Below are positions 61,384-64,000 of a stretch of DNA of 64,000 nucleotides, piece after piece. This stretch comes from Glycera tridactyla. Its lineage: Eukaryota. The stretch is from NCBI GenBank assembly GCA_965644265.1, contig OZ286460.1, positions 89,404,001-89,468,000 on the forward strand. Direction: 5' to 3'. The notes beneath the pieces were generated by a model. The model was not told where the DNA came from, did no database searches, and worked only from the letters and a program-made list of their open reading frames with translations. Every line of letters starts with the position of its first letter. The first letter of the stretch is position 1. A program made the position numbers and the translations under genes.

Positions 61384-61765
61384 GGTAGAGGTGTGTCTGA
61401 ACTGTCAGCTATTTCCATTTAATAACCTTTCAGGTTCCCTGTCATCTTGTGTTCATATTTGTGTGAGTGATGTTTGCAGGGGAGAGAACATACAGCTGTC
61501 ATTGACCAGGATCACATGGCATACATAATTTTTTTGGTTGATACAGTAAAACCTGAGACGAGAGACCCTTGACGAGAGACCACCTCTTGATGGGAGACCA
61601 CTTTTCCTGGGCAGCTTTTCTATTTGACATAATCAAATATGCCTCCGAGAGGAGACCACCTCTTTTGAGAGACCACTGTTCGTGGCATTTAGGGTGGTCT
61701 CTCATTGCCGGTTTCACTGTTGTATATATGCCGTTGAACCTCAAGCGAACAACCATACAAACATC
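61384..61765 (+). mobile_element. SINE family 1 copy interrupted by a TA-flanked MITE (61542-61721)
   Basis: The SINE 3' motif GGTTGATACATGCCGTTAAAC is split at its TA. ...TTGGTTGA-TA-CAGTAAAACC precedes the MITE, and TATATGCCGTTGAACC resumes after it. Confidence 0.75.
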
Positions 61766-62407
61766 AAAATGGCTGGGACTCATCAGATACCAAACTCTCC
61801 ATTCATGATAGATGCACCAGTGTTTCCATCGAGAGTCAGGAACATTTATTTATTGTCGTATTACATGTTAATAACAATGATTATGGATTTTCAAGATTCA
61901 CGCGAAAGAGATAGCTAATCGGTCAGTCTAAGAGTGTGTGATACCATATATTGCTGAATATATTTGCAGTGGGTGAAGGTACACGCAAGTGCTGTGCGCG
62001 TCTATTTGGAATATAATCTAAGGGAAAATATATCACAATTTCGCCATAAACTTTGATGAAAACACTCGGCAGGTATTACCATTTGGGAGTCTTCCACAAA
62101 AATGGCACCAAATAGATGATTGATGATGACAGCCTTTCGTATTTTTGGGTATTGACACATGTTCAGTCTTAGGCTGTTGAGTGTTCAAGGACGGGACGCA
62201 TGTCTGTTTGCGTATGGGCGTATATACGGCATATACATGCATACCGTATGCAGAAGTGATGCCAGGACTCTACACTGAGGCCTGCCCCAGTGACACAATC
62301 TGGCAGATTACCAGATGAGGCAGGCACCACATCAATATGCCTGTCCCATGGTTCAATCTGTGATCATATGCAAGGGGGCCAGATGAATATTTTAAAGAGG
62401 GATACAG

Positions 62408-62580
62408 GTAGAGGTGTGTCTGAACCGACAGCTACTTCCACTTGGCAACCTCTCTGGCTCCACATCATCTTGTGTCCAGGGTATGTGCGAGTGATGGCGG
62501 CAGCTGACAGAGCATCCATCTTCCATGGATCAGGAACACGCAGCATACATACCTTTAATCTCCAACCAACCAATCAACGG
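62408..62580 (+). mobile_element. SINE family 1 copy with (CCAA)n-like tail
   Basis: Full family body, preceded by a B-box-like GGTTCAATC near 62351. Confidence 0.7.
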
Positions 62581-64000
62581 GCCAACTCCGGGAGTGAGCC
62601 TGGATAATTCGGTGCTCGTCCATTGATTAGGCATGCATTGTACTGTGATTAATGGAGAAGCATGAATCATGGATGAAGGAATAATAGCTTCTCGTTTTTC
62701 ATCATCGGCACGTCAATAGCTGCAGTCAGAATGGCGCTCCAACAATTCAGATGGGTGAGAAGAAAACACTCTTACAGTCATCTCCTTAGGGGTGGTCATT
62801 ATACAGGTATGGCCTTTGTACAGAGGTGCCCTTTAGAGTAATGTTTTCTGTACTTTGAGATGGCTGGCTGCCTTGCATGAGAGAAACCTCAGAATTGAGG
62901 TGACTGAGTGGAACCTTCTCACTCCACCACTCGAGTAGTTGATACTAAGATTTGGCGTAATGTCAATGATTCCAAGAGAATTTTGATGGATTAATTGAAA
63001 TTCTTTCATTTTCTGTCATTCAATTATTTGCCCCTCAGGTGGTACCTATACAGAAGTCACAGAGACTATATGCCCCTACAGTAAAACCTGTATTCAGTAA
63101 CCACCCTTGTGGAATGAAATAGTGGTTGCTTAAGGCAGGTGGTTGCTGAATACAGTGGTTGCTTAATACATGTTCTACTGTATTCATCAACATAATCAAA
63201 TGATATGAGAATTCTCACTATGGGCTATTATTATGAGTCTGTTATTGATAAAGTTTACCCCAGGTGTACGTACACCCAACATATTTCGAAAGAATTTTGG
63301 TTTGATACGAGGTAAGTTTCTATTATGGTGTCTTTAGGTATCCTATTTCATTTACCATATTCTCCCTGATTAGTGTTTGACTCTCATTAGTGCCCCATCC
63401 CCCAAACATGGCAGCGTACATGGAAGAAGATGCCACTCAAAATTCCCATTGTTATAGGCAAATATTTGAGGGATTTTTGAAATTTTTACATGGATACCAT
63501 ACAGTCGGTTACCTAGAAATTTTTTACGCTCTGAGATCCATATTTCTCTCGATCCCTCAATTTATGAGGAAACTTCATGAGATATCATTATGCCATCTTC
63601 TACCATATGTAATGATCTTATAGTTCATGCAGTTCTGACAGGATTCATCAAGCAATGGCTGATATTCTACACATTTGTCAATATGAAGAACTCGCGGTTG
63701 ACATGTCAGAATGAGAGTTTTATACAGACCCCATTCTTCATTTGGCTGCCATGTGGTGAATACTTCCTGCATTTTCGTAGATTTGCCTTCAACATAACAC
63801 AAATAGAACCAGAGGAATACATCTATTGAATGATATTTTTGACATATTTCCAATCTCCCGCATATGTTGGCCAAAATACCGTATTATCGCCCCTCAGCGA
63901 TTTTTGACATCTTGAACAAATATCCACCTTTTGCAATTTAGCAAGTGCCCTAGACACTAATTGGGGAGGAATATGGTATGTTATATTATTCAGAATTATG

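Noticed and set aside
62726-62754. 29-bp candidate micro-exon (cag|TCAGAATGG...GATGG|gtgaga) for the WxxF gene
   Set aside because: Splice-like flanks alone are common by chance, and there is no motif or neighbouring exon to support it.

Overview
This is eukaryotic (animal) genomic DNA, not prokaryotic. It has spliced GT-AG genes, dense SINE/MITE/LINE relics, microsatellites and many N-gaps next to simple repeats. The repeat types suggest a marine invertebrate, probably a lophotrochozoan (inference). Three protein-coding loci can be assembled by hand. (1) The last four exons of a SMOC (SPARC-related modular calcium-binding) gene on + (1807-4509). (2) A complete, phase-consistent four-exon CDS on - (20182-12495, 308 aa) with an N-terminal coiled coil and a C-terminal MyD88-like death domain but no TIR, kinase or NACHT domain. 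(3) A 1.25-kb first coding exon on + (43986-45240) of an acidic, proline-rich protein with two WxxF-acidic motifs, possibly a stonin/stoned-B-like endocytic adaptor; its later exons were not found. Most long ORFs in the track are artefacts of minisatellites, microsatellites or N-runs. The most notable candidates are the coiled-coil/death-domain gene and a 1.4-kb foldback element with seven RFX X-box palindromes about 90 bp past its stop codon. Also notable are TA-flanked MITEs with different interiors but a constant 180-182 bp length, a CRE cluster behind SMOC, and several nested insertions. No CRISPR array, rRNA or tRNA gene is supported. Family assignments come from motif recall, not database searches.
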